A stretch of 64,000 bases of DNA from Chrysomallon squamiferum. Lineage: Eukaryota; Animalia; Mollusca. The stretch covers positions 15,066,001 through 15,130,000 of the forward strand of contig CM022674.1 of NCBI GenBank assembly GCA_012295275.1, given 5' to 3'. Numbering within the stretch: position 1 is the stretch's first letter; every line of letters starts with the position of its first letter. Shown here piece after piece: positions 28,595-42,965 of this stretch. Made by a program: the position numbers and the translations under genes. Under the pieces are notes generated by a model, which saw nothing but the letters and a program-made list of their open reading frames with translations, made no database searches and was not told where the DNA came from.

Positions 28595-31500
28595 CATTAT
28601 TATTATAATTATGAAACCTAATACGTAATTTTTTTTCTAGTTATATATATTTACTAAAATACTCTCTTTTTTGCTTCGACGATCATATTTGTTTGGATGT
28701 AAGAACAACTGAAACATTTTATATTATGTCTAATGAAATTAAAACGGTGAATTAAAGCTATTGATGCTTAGTAACCATAGATACACTAAAGAAAAGATGG
28801 ATTGAAATAGAGAAGGGTTGAATATAATCTCATCTCATAATCTAATACACAAACAACTAACAGCCTGATCATCGCAGGATATCTACATCTTCAACACCAT
28901 CATCATCAACGACAACATCACCAACACAACAACAACAACGGATTACACGACGTCATATAAAGACCTCCGGCGGATGGAAAGATGGATAGACTGACGTACT
29001 GACGGATGAGAAGACGCTCAGAAAGCTGAACAACAATAAATAAATTAAAGATATCATATACGAAGGTTCTGGAACTTGAAAAATACTGTAACTCTTGGAG
29101 GTTACAAAACACGACTGTAACACAACCATTCACTGTCATTTTATGGTTTAATAACTTGTTTCGGTTTCTTTTTATTGCAGGATCCTGCTCGTAAATTCAA
29201 CAGAATTAATTTACAGAAGTGTCCAAAGCAACATTAACGATGAAAATTTACGAGAGTTCATTTTATGTTCAACATGGTTAGAGAAATGTCGGACTTTGCT
29301 TTAGTGTTATTAGCTTAGTACAGAGACATTCTTTGTCTGGTTAATATCTTTTCACTTATCTAAAGAAATAAATGAATGAACAAATAAAATTATAGATAAG
29401 TAAAATATTCTTAAAAAATGTAAAACAAAAAAAACCCCAAAAAACAAAAACAACAAAAAAGTAAATTATTGGAAAGTTATGAATAAATAAAGACGCAAAG
29501 AAGTGAGCAGATAAATAAATAACAAACAATAAATAAATAAATCAGAAACAAAGAAAAAACAAATAAATTCATGATTTTGTAACAAATAAGTAATAGATAA
29601 ATATATAGATAGATAATGAAATTCAATAATAAAAATAATAATGATGAAGATAATAATTGTAATAATAATAATAATAATAATAACAACAACAACAACAACA
29701 ACAATAATAATAATAATGAATGAATGAATGAATAAATAAACAAATAAATAAATAAACAAGAACGCTAATGCAAGTTCACAATTTACATTACGGAAATTGC
29801 CGATTATTAACGATTGCATGAGGTTCATGGCAGTGTAAACATGACGTCAATAATTGACTTACGTCATTCACAAGTAAAAGTGCAGTGACGGCGATCAAAG
29901 AAAATGAATTCACCTTTGGAAAATACGAAATGTTGCTAGGTAAGCATTTAATTTCTTATTATTTGAATGAAATGAAATATAATATTAGGAAATCAAAATA
30001 ATGTCATGAAGTATGACTCTATTGATGATACCAAGAACGTTTCATAGGCAAATGCACTAAATTTTATACTCAAAATACATAAATTGAGTATCAAGACTCA
30101 AGGACACGTGTATGGATGGATGCTTGTGTGTTTATATGAAGAGAGAGACATATAGACAGCTTGAACAGGCATAGATATATGTACACAAAAACAGAGACGG
30201 ATAGATAATCAGACAGACAGACAGTTTGACAAGCGATGTCAAAACCAATCTTCGCAAACAGACAGCAATTATTAAATTAATGCAAACCAACGGTCAAAGC
30301 ATCGCAACAACGGGACGATATTCCGTAACGATTATTTCTTCGCGAACCTCTCTCTTCTATCGAAATTCTAAAACAGCCATTTAATTTCTCCGGTCATATA
30401 ACCGTTTTAATAGCACAGTAAAGGACAATTCGTATTCATCTCCTGTTTTATTCCGAACCAAATGATGTCATCCAACGCAAATAATCTTCGCTGCTCATAT
30501 CGGGCCGGGGTCAAAGGTTAAAAACCAATCTTCATTCCCGAGCGCGATCGATAGCAATATAAACCGGCGATGTAGCGAAGTGCCACGCGCAAAATGAAAC
30601 TTTAGATACAGCTTCCTGCGTCAGACGTTCAGGCGACTGAGCGACACTTTTCTCTGCGCCGTTTGTTGACTCTGAGAACAAGTTTTCATGATCAACTACA
30701 AAAAGAGTTTCCTGTTAGGCGCAGGCTGCAGCCACAGATAGAGCTCGTAGCTGGGTTAGGAGGATAAAGCTGCGTTCATAGAAAATGATTTGAAGTAACA
30801 GATTTTCATTGATGTTATTATTGTTAATATACGAACAGCAAATTAACAAGAAAAACAACAGCAACTAATATTACTAATGCTCTACAACTGTACTACTACT
30901 ACTACTACTACTACTACTGCTACTATTACGACTACAATACTTAATTTAATACTACTACTATTCATTATGTTACTACTACTACTACTACTTTTATTCTACT
31001 GCTGTGCTGCTGCTACTATTACTGCTACTACTGTTTATTATTATATATTAATAATCGAAAATGATATTAGTAAGTTTCAGATTAAAACGTACATCAAACT
31101 ATCTAGAGAATTCTGTTCTTGCTAAAATGCATTATAATATGAAAAGATCGTTATTACAAAATATTCCACATAAACGGACCTTTAAATAACATAACGATCA
31201 CATATGAAGCGAAACCTCGAAAAATTAGATAGCAGTGAATCTCATATGACTAAGTGGATTGAAAACAACTGAAAAATGAGAATCATGTCTGTTTAATTAA
31301 GCAAAGGATTATATGACAGCGATATTGATAAACAATGTTACAGCATAAATCAATTGTCATTTATACAGAGAGAGACAGTCATATTATATAAATCTTTAAC
31401 GACATGTCGGCATTTTTCTATAACCATGATTATAATATGGATTAATGACGCTTGAATGAAAAATACTGAAATGAATTAAAATATAACGGTCTCTATAATT

Positions 31501-32004
31501 TCACTATTAATTGGTTAAGATATTAAACATACATTTTCAAATATGAATCATACGAAATTGAATATTCTGCGAGATTTGAAACTCACAGTGGACTCATACA
31601 TACTATTCGTTCTCTTAACAGCAAGTGATATATATATATATATCAGCCTACCCATAGAAAGGAAAGTTTGTACCATGGCGTCTGATACAAACCCTTTAAA
31701 CAAACAGCCTGATAACATAGATACAGACGTTCCGATAAGAAATATATATTTAGCGGACATCTGGTTAGATAGTAATTTAATATTATACGTCGATTCAAAT
31801 CCTCTGAGGTTAAAGATAGTCAATAAAACATCGGGATGATTAGTATTACTACTACTAACGATGACGATGACGATGATGATGATAATGATGATGGTTATAA
31901 TAATACTAACAATAAGAACAACAGCAGTTATGTAAAACAAACCAAAAAACCAAAAAAAACGAATGACGATATCCAAAAAAAAAAAAAAAAAGAAGATAAA
32001 AAGC

Positions 32005-32049
<45 letters not shown>

Positions 32050-33475
32050 AATAAATAAATAAAAAAATAATAAAATAAATAAATAAATAAATAATAAATA
32101 ATAAAAAAAAGAGCGGACATGGGCATTAAGAACAACAATAAAAAAAAGCAAACAAAAACAACAACATGAATGCTACTACTACAACTGTTAGTAATAACAG
32201 TACTGCTATTTTAAAGATAATAATGGTGATGGTTATAATGATAACAAAGGGAACAACGGCAGTAATAAGGTCAACAAACAAAGAAAAAGAAAGCCATTAA
32301 GAATAACAACAGCAACAACAACAACAACAACAACAACAACAGCTGAGACAGCTTCTAATAATTACTGAAGAATGGTTTAATAAAGCCAGTCAGTTAGAGG
32401 CAAATGTTATCGTTTTTCTCTCCTGGGGGACTATAAAACATTTTTCTTGCAGGTTTTAAATACATTTTCTAAAGCGATGGAAAAAATGCAAAGCGATATT
32501 AAACACCCAAGGGAAAAAATTCAGGACAGGAATGAAACTTGCAGGTTTTCAGCTCATCAATTTACGTCCCAAGGGAGAAATATATTTCCCGTTTTTTGTC
32601 GTCTTTTAATAAGTAATTGTTCAAGAAAAAAACTAAAATAGCGTCAGAATTACGAAGCCTCTGCCTTAAATTTTAATATAGCTAATTAAGAGTTACGTGT
32701 TGTATACTGATCAACACAAGATAATGAAGATTTAAATAACAGTGACAAGTAAAGAATGTAAATGTTCTTTTAAAAGAATTTATGGCTTAATTTTTCTCTA
32801 GCTTGTGCACCTGTCAAAACGTGTAAAATAATACATTGCCTGATTAAATACCTTACAAAAATATAAATCTGTAAATTCATTACTTAAATTCTCCTGTGTA
32901 AAATGCAATCACAAAGTTATTACTATTCATGTATATTTTGATTTTTGTTAAGCTCTGACTTTGTCTATCAGGTTAGTAAATTTATAAATACTTATTCAAA
33001 AACTCCACGGAACAGTAGCGCAAACATGCGATCTAAATCTGGCCGCCGATGCTGAATAATTCGCTGATATCTATATCAGTTTGCTGAGAGTTCTTTGATT
33101 TGTGTTGTACTGATCACGTGACGCATTATCTTTTCGTATATTGTTTAGTAACAATATTCTTCAAACAGGAAATTACCATGTTTAAATTATAAAGTGCGTG
33201 ATTATTCCATATTAGCGTCGAACCAGTGCAGAAGATGCAATTTACGCTTTTGTCTATAAATAAATATATTAGGAACAGATTATTTATTCGTATTAATGAC
33301 TTTTTTTTTTAAATATAAAAACAGATAAATACGAGCGATAAAATATGTAAATTGTTTGCTACTCATTTTAGATATATAACATTTAAAAAAAAAAAAAAGA
33401 AGATAAATGGACAAGCAGAAAGACAATAATAACTTTATATATCTAAAATCAGAGAGAGACTGAGACACACACACT

Positions 33476-33576
<101 letters not shown>

Positions 33577-34537
33577 AAGAGAAATAATAATGTTATATTG
33601 ATATAGACATAGAGAAAGACGGACAAACATACTGAGATAGAAAGACAGACAGATATCCAGACAGACAGGCACACAGACAGAGAAACATTAACAAATATGT
33701 ACGCAATAAATTCTGCTGACGTCGAGAATCTGAGCAACTCACGTAATAAAAACAGACAGACGACAAATCAAGCTAATCAGAATTTATCGCCAACATTTCA
33801 CGTCAAATTACCGATATAAACGTGTACCACGTATAACCAATGTAACGCCACGGAAAACTCGTGCCTAGCTTTGCCTGCCAGCCATACTTGCTAAACGTTG
33901 CAATATATTCGACTGGGGAAAATTGATTTGCTCGCCAGTTGTTTGCCGTATAAGTAGAAAGCGTAACACAGATCGTTACCGGTGGTTTCCGTTTCGAGCA
34001 GAGAGTGAAAGAAGCGAACGTTCGGACTCGTTTTCCGGACATCTAGAGCGCTGTAAATGGGCAAAATGCTAATGTAATTTTAGAAATGGTTGAAACTCGT
34101 TCTTTCGAGAGCAATATCCTACCTTTAATTGCCGTAGTGGCCGCTTTAGGGACAGTTTGCAGAGCTGACTGGAAATGACCAGTGGAACACTCATTGTGTT
34201 CGTGACATGAATTATTCATAACTTTCACAATAAGGTTTTAATTTCAGCTTGCCAAGTGTTAAACGTATTATTTCGCTCGATGCTTAATAAGGAATTGTAG
34301 ACATTTTTTTTTGTTGTATCCTTTCTATTTTGGTTTTGATGAATGTCCGTCCATTAGTAATTACTTTTTTTTTTTTCTTTTTTTGTCATAGCCTTGTTGT
34401 GATTGACGTATTGCTAATTTGTCTTGGACAAAACTCTACAGAAATCAGAAATAATGTCCACCGTAAGCTAATTTAAACAGTTCTTTGATAAAAGCTTTCT
34501 AAAAGTTGCTAAAGCGGAGAGAGAGAGAGAGAGAGAC

Positions 34538-34634
<97 letters not shown>

Positions 34635-35309
34635 AGCATTGAGGAATTAAAAGTATATCGGTAGTTTCATTTCGCGACGTTTTCTAATCCTACATTTAAC
34701 GAATGAGACCAACAGAGAAGCAGTTACAACGGACATGTAGATAGAGAGGTACACAAATCAAATCTTTAGATTTCCTACCGATTAAATTTGTTTTATCTTT
34801 TTTTCTTTTTTTTATTATTATTATTATTATTTTTTTTTACAATGAAACTAATTCCACGTTGAAACTTACATCGAAAGCAATACATCATGCCCCACCCCTT
34901 TTCGTACATGCGGGACCCGCCCTAATTAGATGGATCACACTGATATTGCTCTCTGTGTAAGACTGATTTGGTTCCCTAGCAGAACTGAATGGTTTATATT
35001 TCATGTCTTGTTGAATCCCCAGACGCGCAGAGCTCTGAATATTTTAATTTTATCTGTGGATCGCAGGCTCCGTGTTAAATATATAATAGCGCCAACAAGA
35101 ACACACACAATTCATATTGGTGATATAGTACTACGAATTTATTTAGGTTTTCATATCACCAACACATTCACAGAGGCCCTCATTTATAATTTAGATAAGT
35201 TATAAATGTTTTTTTATGTTTTGTTTTTTTCATCTCATTATAATTTGTATTTGTTGGTTGATAATATTTAGTCAAAATATTCTCTCTGTCTGCTTTCTTT
35301 TTCTCTTTC

Positions 35310-35411
<102 letters not shown>

Positions 35412-36177
35412 TCCCTCTTCGTGTTCTCGCTCGCTCTCTCTCTCTCTGGATTTGTGTAACAGTATATCTGTACATTTCTCTCTTTTCACTCATTTAGAAC
35501 ATTATTATAGTCATTCTCAATGATATTGGTAGAAATATTATTTTCACAACATAAACTTGCTAGATGTGTTATTACGTCACGATTGTTGTTTTACGTATCA
35601 TTTGATAATGATTATAATTACCGTAATTATTTGTATTTATCTTTATCACAATCACAATAATCTTGATGATAATAATACTGTTAGCCTTCTTCATCATATT
35701 CATCGCAATAATGCACTCGTTCTTGCTGTTGTAGTTGTTGTCGTTACTGTTGTTCATTGCAGTAATCGTTGTTGGTTGTGATGATTACGATCGCATTGCT
35801 TGCTGTTCTTGTTATTTCTAATAGTGTTCTTATCATCGTCGTAGTAGTTGTTAATGATGATATTCATCTTATCGTTGCTATTCTCGGTCTTGTTATTGTT
35901 TCCAAACAATCGAGTCCCCTGCATCGTACGTAATTGTCAGTACTGTAATGTATTCTAGCTGCAGATGAACCTGGGAGACCAGTGTGTTCCCGGCTGAGAA
36001 GAATTTATAATGATTTTATTACTTTCGTGTTTGTAGTCTATCAAGGGTTAAGCACGCTGTCATGACTCTGCAGACGAAACAGACCAAATTGCGTGGGCTA
36101 CATTAACCAGATTGTATGATACAAAACAAGAATATCTGAAGGTTATTCAAATCCATTTATTAGCAAGATGAACTTCG

Positions 36178-36268
<91 letters not shown>

Positions 36269-36669
36269 CTCACTATCTATCTATCTATCTCTGTCTCTCC
36301 CTTTTTCTCTCTATATGCGGCTTTGTGTATATATTTAATTTTATTTCTGAATGGGTTGCACATTAATATAAATATCTGTCTCTCTTTTTTTTTTTTTTTT
36401 TTTCTTTTTATTTCTTTCACATTGTTTCTTTGTCTCCTTGCCAGTTCCTCCTTTCCGCTGTACTCTCAGAATCACAACACTTACACCCAGTTATCTCCCT
36501 GTTCTACCTCTCTTGTAACTCCGACTAACTCTTCTTCATACCGCGCCTCTTTATCCAGATTTAGTCTGACAAGGTCAGGACTCTAAGAACTGTAAAGATT
36601 GATTTGCTTCCTTGCTGAATACATCTCTGCTTTATTACCGCTGCTGAAAGAGTGTTTATTCTCGTCATT

Positions 36670-37530
36670 GTTTTGTCGGTTACAGTGTCGCAGAGGTTGG
36701 AGTATGGAAACAGAGTTGATTCTAGAGTTCATTTTGTAGGTTACGGTGTGAAAAGGTTACAGTACTCGTCGTGAATTAAAACTTTTGGGTGACATTGTCA
36801 ACGAGGTGAAGATGTTTATTTTAGTGGTTGGTTTCTGGGTTATGGTGTGGAATAGGTTACAGGTACTAGTAGTGAATTTCGTTCTTAGATTATAGTATTA
36901 CTAGAGTTATCATTTTGAGAAAGAGTTCATTTTGCTGATTCCTTTCAGTGTTATGACATCAAACAGTTTACAGCTACTAATAGTATGTTTAAAATTTAGA
37001 TTTATATATTACTAACATTATGGTTTTGATAAAGCGTTATTTTCAGTGCTTATTTTCTGGATTATGGTTAGAAATGTAATAATACTAATACTGAAATTAA
37101 ATTCTTAAGTTATAACATCAGAATCATTACGATTTCGAGTTTATGTCTATTGTTATGTTATGTTCAGTGTTATGGTAGCTAAAAGGTTCCAGCTATTAGT
37201 AATTAATTTAATATTTAGGTCACAGTGACACTAAAAATACGGTTTTGATAAAGAGTTTAATCCAGTATTTTATTTCTAGGTTATGATATCAAAAAAGATT
37301 ACAATACTAATATAATTTTTAGGATGCAATGTCACGATAGTTATAGTTTCAATAAACAATAAAATCTAATGGTTATTTTGTGGCTTATAATATCAAAACA
37401 ATTACAGTACAAGGTGTATTTTATTTCACATCAATTTAGTTCAGTTCTCTTACTAGTTTATGTTTACTGATATAGAAATCATTTTAGTCTTTATTTTATT
37501 GATTACACTGTCAAAAACTCTCTCAGTCTA
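36670..37530 (+). repeat. Old diverged tandem array of ~50- and ~60-bp subunits (~110-bp dimer)
   Basis: Recurrent tttt..GGTTAcagtgtc..aaaGGTTACagtact motif, with subunit starts at about 36671, 36732, 36783, 36832, 36882, 36943, 36995 and 37053. Confidence 0.7.
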
Positions 37531-37559
37531 AGAACAGCTTTATATCGTGGTTTCTGTAA

Positions 37560-37707
37560 GGGGTAAAATCTTAATCATATCTGTGGATTTCCCAATCCAG
37601 CAGGCTACACTTTAATACCATTGTGCTTCTCTTTACAGACATAAAACAATTTGGACAATGGCTCTTTAAAATGTCATAGAGTTAAAGACTTGTGTTTATT
37701 ATGATGG
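37560..37707 (+). repeat. ~150-bp direct repeat copy 1
   Basis: Matches 39880-40034 (atttcccaatccagcaggct...ttgtgcttc.ctttacagac.taaaacaatttggacaatggc...aaagacttgt). Confidence 0.88.
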
Positions 37708-38199
37708 GAAGCTAGCTGTTTGTATGAAGAACGACTTCATTCCAGACATAATGCTGTTGATCACAGACGTAACAAGCTTAGAGTGATTTTGTTTCGTGGA
37801 TTTCAATATTAGAATTGTTTCCAAACTATGAATTAGGTTATTCCAAATGGTCATCATTTACCGTTGCAAGACAGGCGAATTTCCAAAATACATTTTATTG
37901 AATAACTTTCTTGTTTGGTTAGAATATTAGCAGTACGTAATAATAAAGCAATCAGTGTAGTCTTTAGAGATCAAAGCAGTAAATATATTTTATCAGATTG
38001 AATATAATGGCTCCAGTGGCTACAAAGGCTATTAGATTTATTCTGTCTTTATACTTTTTTTTTTTTGGTATAATTTCTTTCCCAGAGGTGGCAAAGAATA
38101 ATTTATATGTATGTGTTTTTCTCCGCAGGATGATCATGGACTGTATGTATTTGTATGTTTGGATGTGTGGTATATAAATATGCAATGTATCTAACTCTT

Positions 38200-38745
38200 T
38201 GTTTGTTTCATGGTTACAAATTGACAATGGTTACCTATATAAGTGTTCAGTTTATTTTATGGGTTACAAAGTGATTATGGTTAGGTATGTAATTGTTTAT
38301 TTTAGTTTTAGGGCGGATAACAGCGGTTATGTGTCCAAGTTCTGAGTTTGTTTAATGACTATTGTCCAAGTGTTCAGTTTGTCTTATCGGTTACAATGAA
38401 TAAATATTTATTTTGTTTAAGAGTTTATACTGTCAGAGTGGTTACGTAGCTATAATCTGAGTTTGTTTAATGGATTACAGTGTAACAATGATTACATTAC
38501 TAAGTCTTTGTTTTATGGGTTACAAAATGAGAATGTTTACGTATCTTAGTGTCCAGTCGGTTGTTTCTGGTTACAGTGTGACAGTGGTTACGATTCTAAG
38601 CATTTATTTTGTTGGTCTGGTTATCTATCTAAGTTATGTGGATTACAAAATGACATTGGTTACGTACATATCTTTCCGTTTGTTTTATGGGTAACAAAAT
38701 GACAAAGGTTACGTATCTAAGTATTCAGTTTGTTTTATGGGTTTC
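38200..38745 (+). repeat. ~50-bp diverged minisatellite (ttgttttatgGGTTACaaaatgacaatGGTTACgtatctaagtgttcagt)
   Basis: Roughly 10-11 visible tandem units. Confidence 0.82.
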
Positions 38746-39179
38746 AGCATTTCAGACAGAGCCATACTGATGTAGAAATTATTCCAGTGTGTTTTCCTGT
38801 GTTCCCACGTAACACATTTTGAATACTAAGAGTCTGCTTATATTGTATGACAAATTAGCTTGCATACTCATGCAAAAGTGATATGGATTATTGCATCCCA
38901 AAGGATGAAACTGCAACAGTCAGGCAAGATTTATTTTAGTATAAAATACATTTGAAGAGTTCTCTGTTTTCTCTTCTTGATTTATGGAGTGTGTCTGTGG
39001 GTTCTATTGCTGTTGTTATTCATATATAATTAGTTTAGTTAAATTATTTCTTGAAGGTTAGGTTGTAGAAAAAGCTAAACAAAAACAAAAACAAACAAAC
39101 AAACAAACAAACAAACAAAAAAAAAAAAATAAATAAATAAATAAATAAATAAAAAAAAACAGAAAGTCGCGAACAACAA

Positions 39180-39217
<38 letters not shown>

Positions 39218-39376
39218 GCAAACGAAAATTTTAACCTCTCCCACTAAAACCAAAAACAAACAAAAACTTTAATAATAAATTTTCATTTACTACAGATCTG
39301 TCAGTATGTAATTTTATGTATTTATTTTTATGTGTATATCTGTGTGGTAATGTATATCTGAACACATGTATGTATG

Positions 39377-39410
<34 letters not shown>

Positions 39411-39879
39411 TGTATGTATGTATGCATGTATGTATTATTTATCTCTCTCTCTATCTATATATATATATATATATTATATTTGTATATGTATATATGTATG
39501 TATGTATGTATCTGTGTATGCATGTGTAAATGTTTGTATGTATGTTTATTTATAAATTATCTCTATGTATGTATGTATGTGTGTATGTGTATATGTGTGT
39601 GTATAAACCAATCGTCCATGAGTGCCTATATGTATGCATCTACGTTACGTCCACGGCACAAACAACGCAGCCTAGTGAAACACTGGACTCCATCACGGTA
39701 AGCTACGACCACCAGTCAGAGAACCTGTGTTAGAATGTAACGTGACTGGAATCCATTTTCATTAAATCTTCGACTATAAAGAGTCAGGCAAACGTCTGCA
39801 AATTACTTAAACCAGTGGCTTTTATGGATGTCAGAGCACAGGATCACAAAACCAGTCCTGCTTAGCCGGGAGCCTAGGA

Positions 39880-40034
39880 GGGTAATATCTTAATCAGATC
39901 TCTGAATTTCCCAATCCAGCAGGCTCTACATTAATACCTTTGTGCTTCCCTTTACAGACGTAAAACAATTTGGACAATGGCCCAAATGTTGTAAAAAATG
40001 TCACGGACTAAAAGACTTGTTTTATTATGTATGG
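39880..40034 (+). repeat. ~150-bp direct repeat copy 2
   Basis: Matches 37560-37707. Confidence 0.88.
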
Positions 40035-40386
40035 TGTTAGTTTGTAGTAGTTGTAGAAGTAGTAGCAGGATGATAAGAGTGTTGTGTATTAAAATACTTG
40101 TTTTTATTATATATGATGTTAGTTGTTGTCGTAGTGGTAGTGTAGTAACAATGTGGTAGCACGTAAAGTAGTCCTGCTAGTAGTTGGTATGCTTGACAGA
40201 ACTATTCTATATGATATTTTATGTTCACGTTCATTTAATTTATTTTGTGTCATTTAACCTTATTTTTTCGTTATTTTATTCGTCCTTTATTTATTTCGTT
40301 CCTTGTTTACACAAGCGAAAAGGCAAAGAAGAATATACGTTATTATATCGTGATGACATTTTAAAAAACGAAGAAAAAGAGAAAAG

Positions 40387-40424
<38 letters not shown>

Positions 40425-40865
40425 TTGATGTCAATTTCCTAAAACACGTTTTATAACTACCAACTGCGAAATATAATAGGGAAATTATTCTAGATCAGTT
40501 ACAACATATAATTTACTGCATGATAATCTACTTCCCAGTTAAAAAGCTAGAACAGGTAATTCAAAATTTTATTTGTAAAGTTATTTAATTAATTACTTAT
40601 ATGAAATTTTCTTGACATTGTGAAATGTGTCAAATTTTTATCGCAATGAAAGAAAAACAGAACAAAATAATAAAAATTAGAAGAACAAAAACAACAACAA
40701 CAACAATAATTGTAGTTGTAGTTGTAAATAGTAGTAGTAAAATAATAACAATGATAGTGATAACAACAGCAACAATAATAACGATGATGATGAAGATAAT
40801 AATAATAATAATAATAAAACAATAATATAAGAACTAAACTGAACAAATTGCTGTTAATTTACAAT

Positions 40866-40871
40866 TTTATT
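40866..40871 (-). terminator. Candidate polyadenylation signal (AATAAA) of the transporter gene
   Basis: First AATAAA noticed on the minus strand, about 210 nt after the stop. The hexamer is common in this AT-rich DNA, so support is weak. Confidence 0.3.
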
Positions 40872-41081
40872 TACAAACTGCTAGCAAAACGCTCACAAGG
40901 TTATTTACATTTGGCACATTCTCAATTACATACATAATTATAATTATATATTTTTTACTTCTTCTTCATTTTCATTTTTTAATTTCCTTTGTTATTTTTA
41001 ATCATTGGTAATTCATGTACAGATATCTTAATCAGTCTAAACAGTAGCTACTGCATCTGAGACATTCCGCTTGTCACGTGA

Positions 41082-41188
41082 TCAACCGAGAAATTCTGGG
41101 TTTGTGACGTCATATAATACCACTTCCTGTTCATCAGTTTTCGACATAGTGCTGTTCCGTATTCCGTATAAGAAATATACCAACAGAC
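41082..41188 (-). CDS. CAT/SLC7 transporter terminal coding exon 7 (GLLVYFLYGIRNSTMSKTDEQEVVLYDVTNPEFLG*)
   Basis: Acceptor tttcttttcag; phase 1 matches exon 6. Carries the canonical CAT C-terminal G..IYF.YG...S motif; TGA at 41084-41082. Confidence 0.92.
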
Positions 41189-42314
41189 CTGAAAAGAAAC
41201 CAGATACAATGATAACTAACATTTATTTTCAGTATTATTAGTAATAATAAATAGTATGTGATAAATATGTACGGATAAAATGTCCAAGTGAAAGAAAGAT
41301 AATTTCAAGATATAATATGATCAAACTGAAAATATTTAAAAGAAATTAAAATGTTATTTTCTTTACAAGACTAACACAGATGACAATGACGAAAACAGAA
41401 GTATAACTTTAATGATCCTATAATTATAAAAGAAATGGATAGAAATAATAGTTGTAAAAGTACAGTGGTGATAGTAGTAGTAGCAGCAGAATATTTAAGT
41501 AGTAATGGTAATAGTTATAGTAATATTACTAATATTAATAGTAGTGATCGTGGTAGTAGTGGTAGTAACGGTGAGGCTAAAAGTAATAGTAGCAGCACTA
41601 GTGTTAGTGGTAGATGGAGCCGCAGTAGTAGTAGTAGTAGCAATAAGGGAAATTGCTGTAAGTCAATAAGATTAATTCGAAATCAGAGGTGAAGACAGTA
41701 TATTTTAACAGTCATCACTATCATCAGCATCATAATTTATTATTATTACTGTCATTATTATTATTATTATTATTATTATCATTATTATTATTATCATCAT
41801 CATCACAAGCAAACCACTGACAATTTTGTGGTTTTAGTTTCAGGATGTTGCAGTTATTAAGAAACTGCGACTCTCTCGCTGTTTAGCTGATAAGGAAAGA
41901 TCCAGCACGCAATGGTAGACCTCCACCCACAGACTGGGTGACGTTAACAAGGTAACACGGGCGTTCAGTGCGTCATTTTCATGTTGCTGTCCAATATTTT
42001 ACAACACAAACATCACGCATAGCATATCCAGTTTGCAATTAGAGAACCACTGCAAACATTATGTTGTTAGAAAGGGATTACGGTAATTGTTGTGGTTAGC
42101 TTTACAACAAGTAGCAATTACTATTATTATTATTATTATTATAATTGTTGTTGTTGTTGTTGTTTTTATTGTTATTATTGTTTTCTTTTGCTGTTGTTGT
42201 TCTACATATTATTTTTATTATTGTTGTATGGTAATCATTTTTGTTCTTATCTGCCGTTTTCGCAGCGTCATTTTTTTATCATTTAAAAATAAACAAAGAA
42301 ATGAACCACCAGAA

Positions 42315-42382
<68 letters not shown>

Positions 42383-42724
42383 AAATTAAATATAAAAAGT
42401 ATGTTTTAAAAAACTAAGGGGAAAGAAAAAAATATATATAGTATTAAAAATAAGTAAATAAAAGAAAAAGAAAAGAAAAAAAGATAAAACTGTTTTAAAA
42501 TCATGGTTAAACGAATATGAGAGGTTTTACGGTAGTGTATTTCTGTAGGTCACTCGGAGACGGTCAGACGCTGTGGAAAACTTGGTTCATGTATGGGCGA
42601 GTCCCATCGACTATTTATTTGTAGAGAAACATCCGTTACATAAAGAAACATTTCCAATCGATAGGTAACACCGCAGAACGCATGGCGTCGTCTTAATTGC
42701 CTAGTTGTACTGAAGAATCCGAAA

Positions 42725-42965
42725 TTAGCAAGATGTAGAGTAGATCTCTGGCCTGGGGCCTGATGGTTTTTAGGATCAAGCCTGATAAATAGACCATTTC
42801 AGCTAGTCAGTGTTTAGCTACTTAGTTACAGAAAACAGAAATCCTTTGTTAAAGAATACAATATTTTCTTTCGCGTCCATTTTGGTGTGCCGTATATGAG
42901 AAGTTTTAAAACGTAAGATCACTTGCCCGCTATTCAGTAAATGCGGGTTTCGTATATCTCACGTT
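42725..42965 (+). mobile_element. Degenerate SINE remnant in the last intron of the transporter gene
   Basis: taggatcaagcc B-box-like motif, ttcagctagt and gcgggtttc segments resembling the other copies. Confidence 0.35.

Noticed and set aside
37580-37605. TGGATTTCCCAA, reminiscent of the 5' end of a molluscan miRNA recalled from memory
   Set aside because: Only about 12 nt match, the hairpin is poor, and the motif is altered in the second repeat copy.
41034-41084. Possible stop-codon readthrough or selenocysteine at the transporter TGA
   Set aside because: The context is TGA-TCA rather than TGA-CTAG, only 15 codons follow, and no SECIS-like structure was seen.
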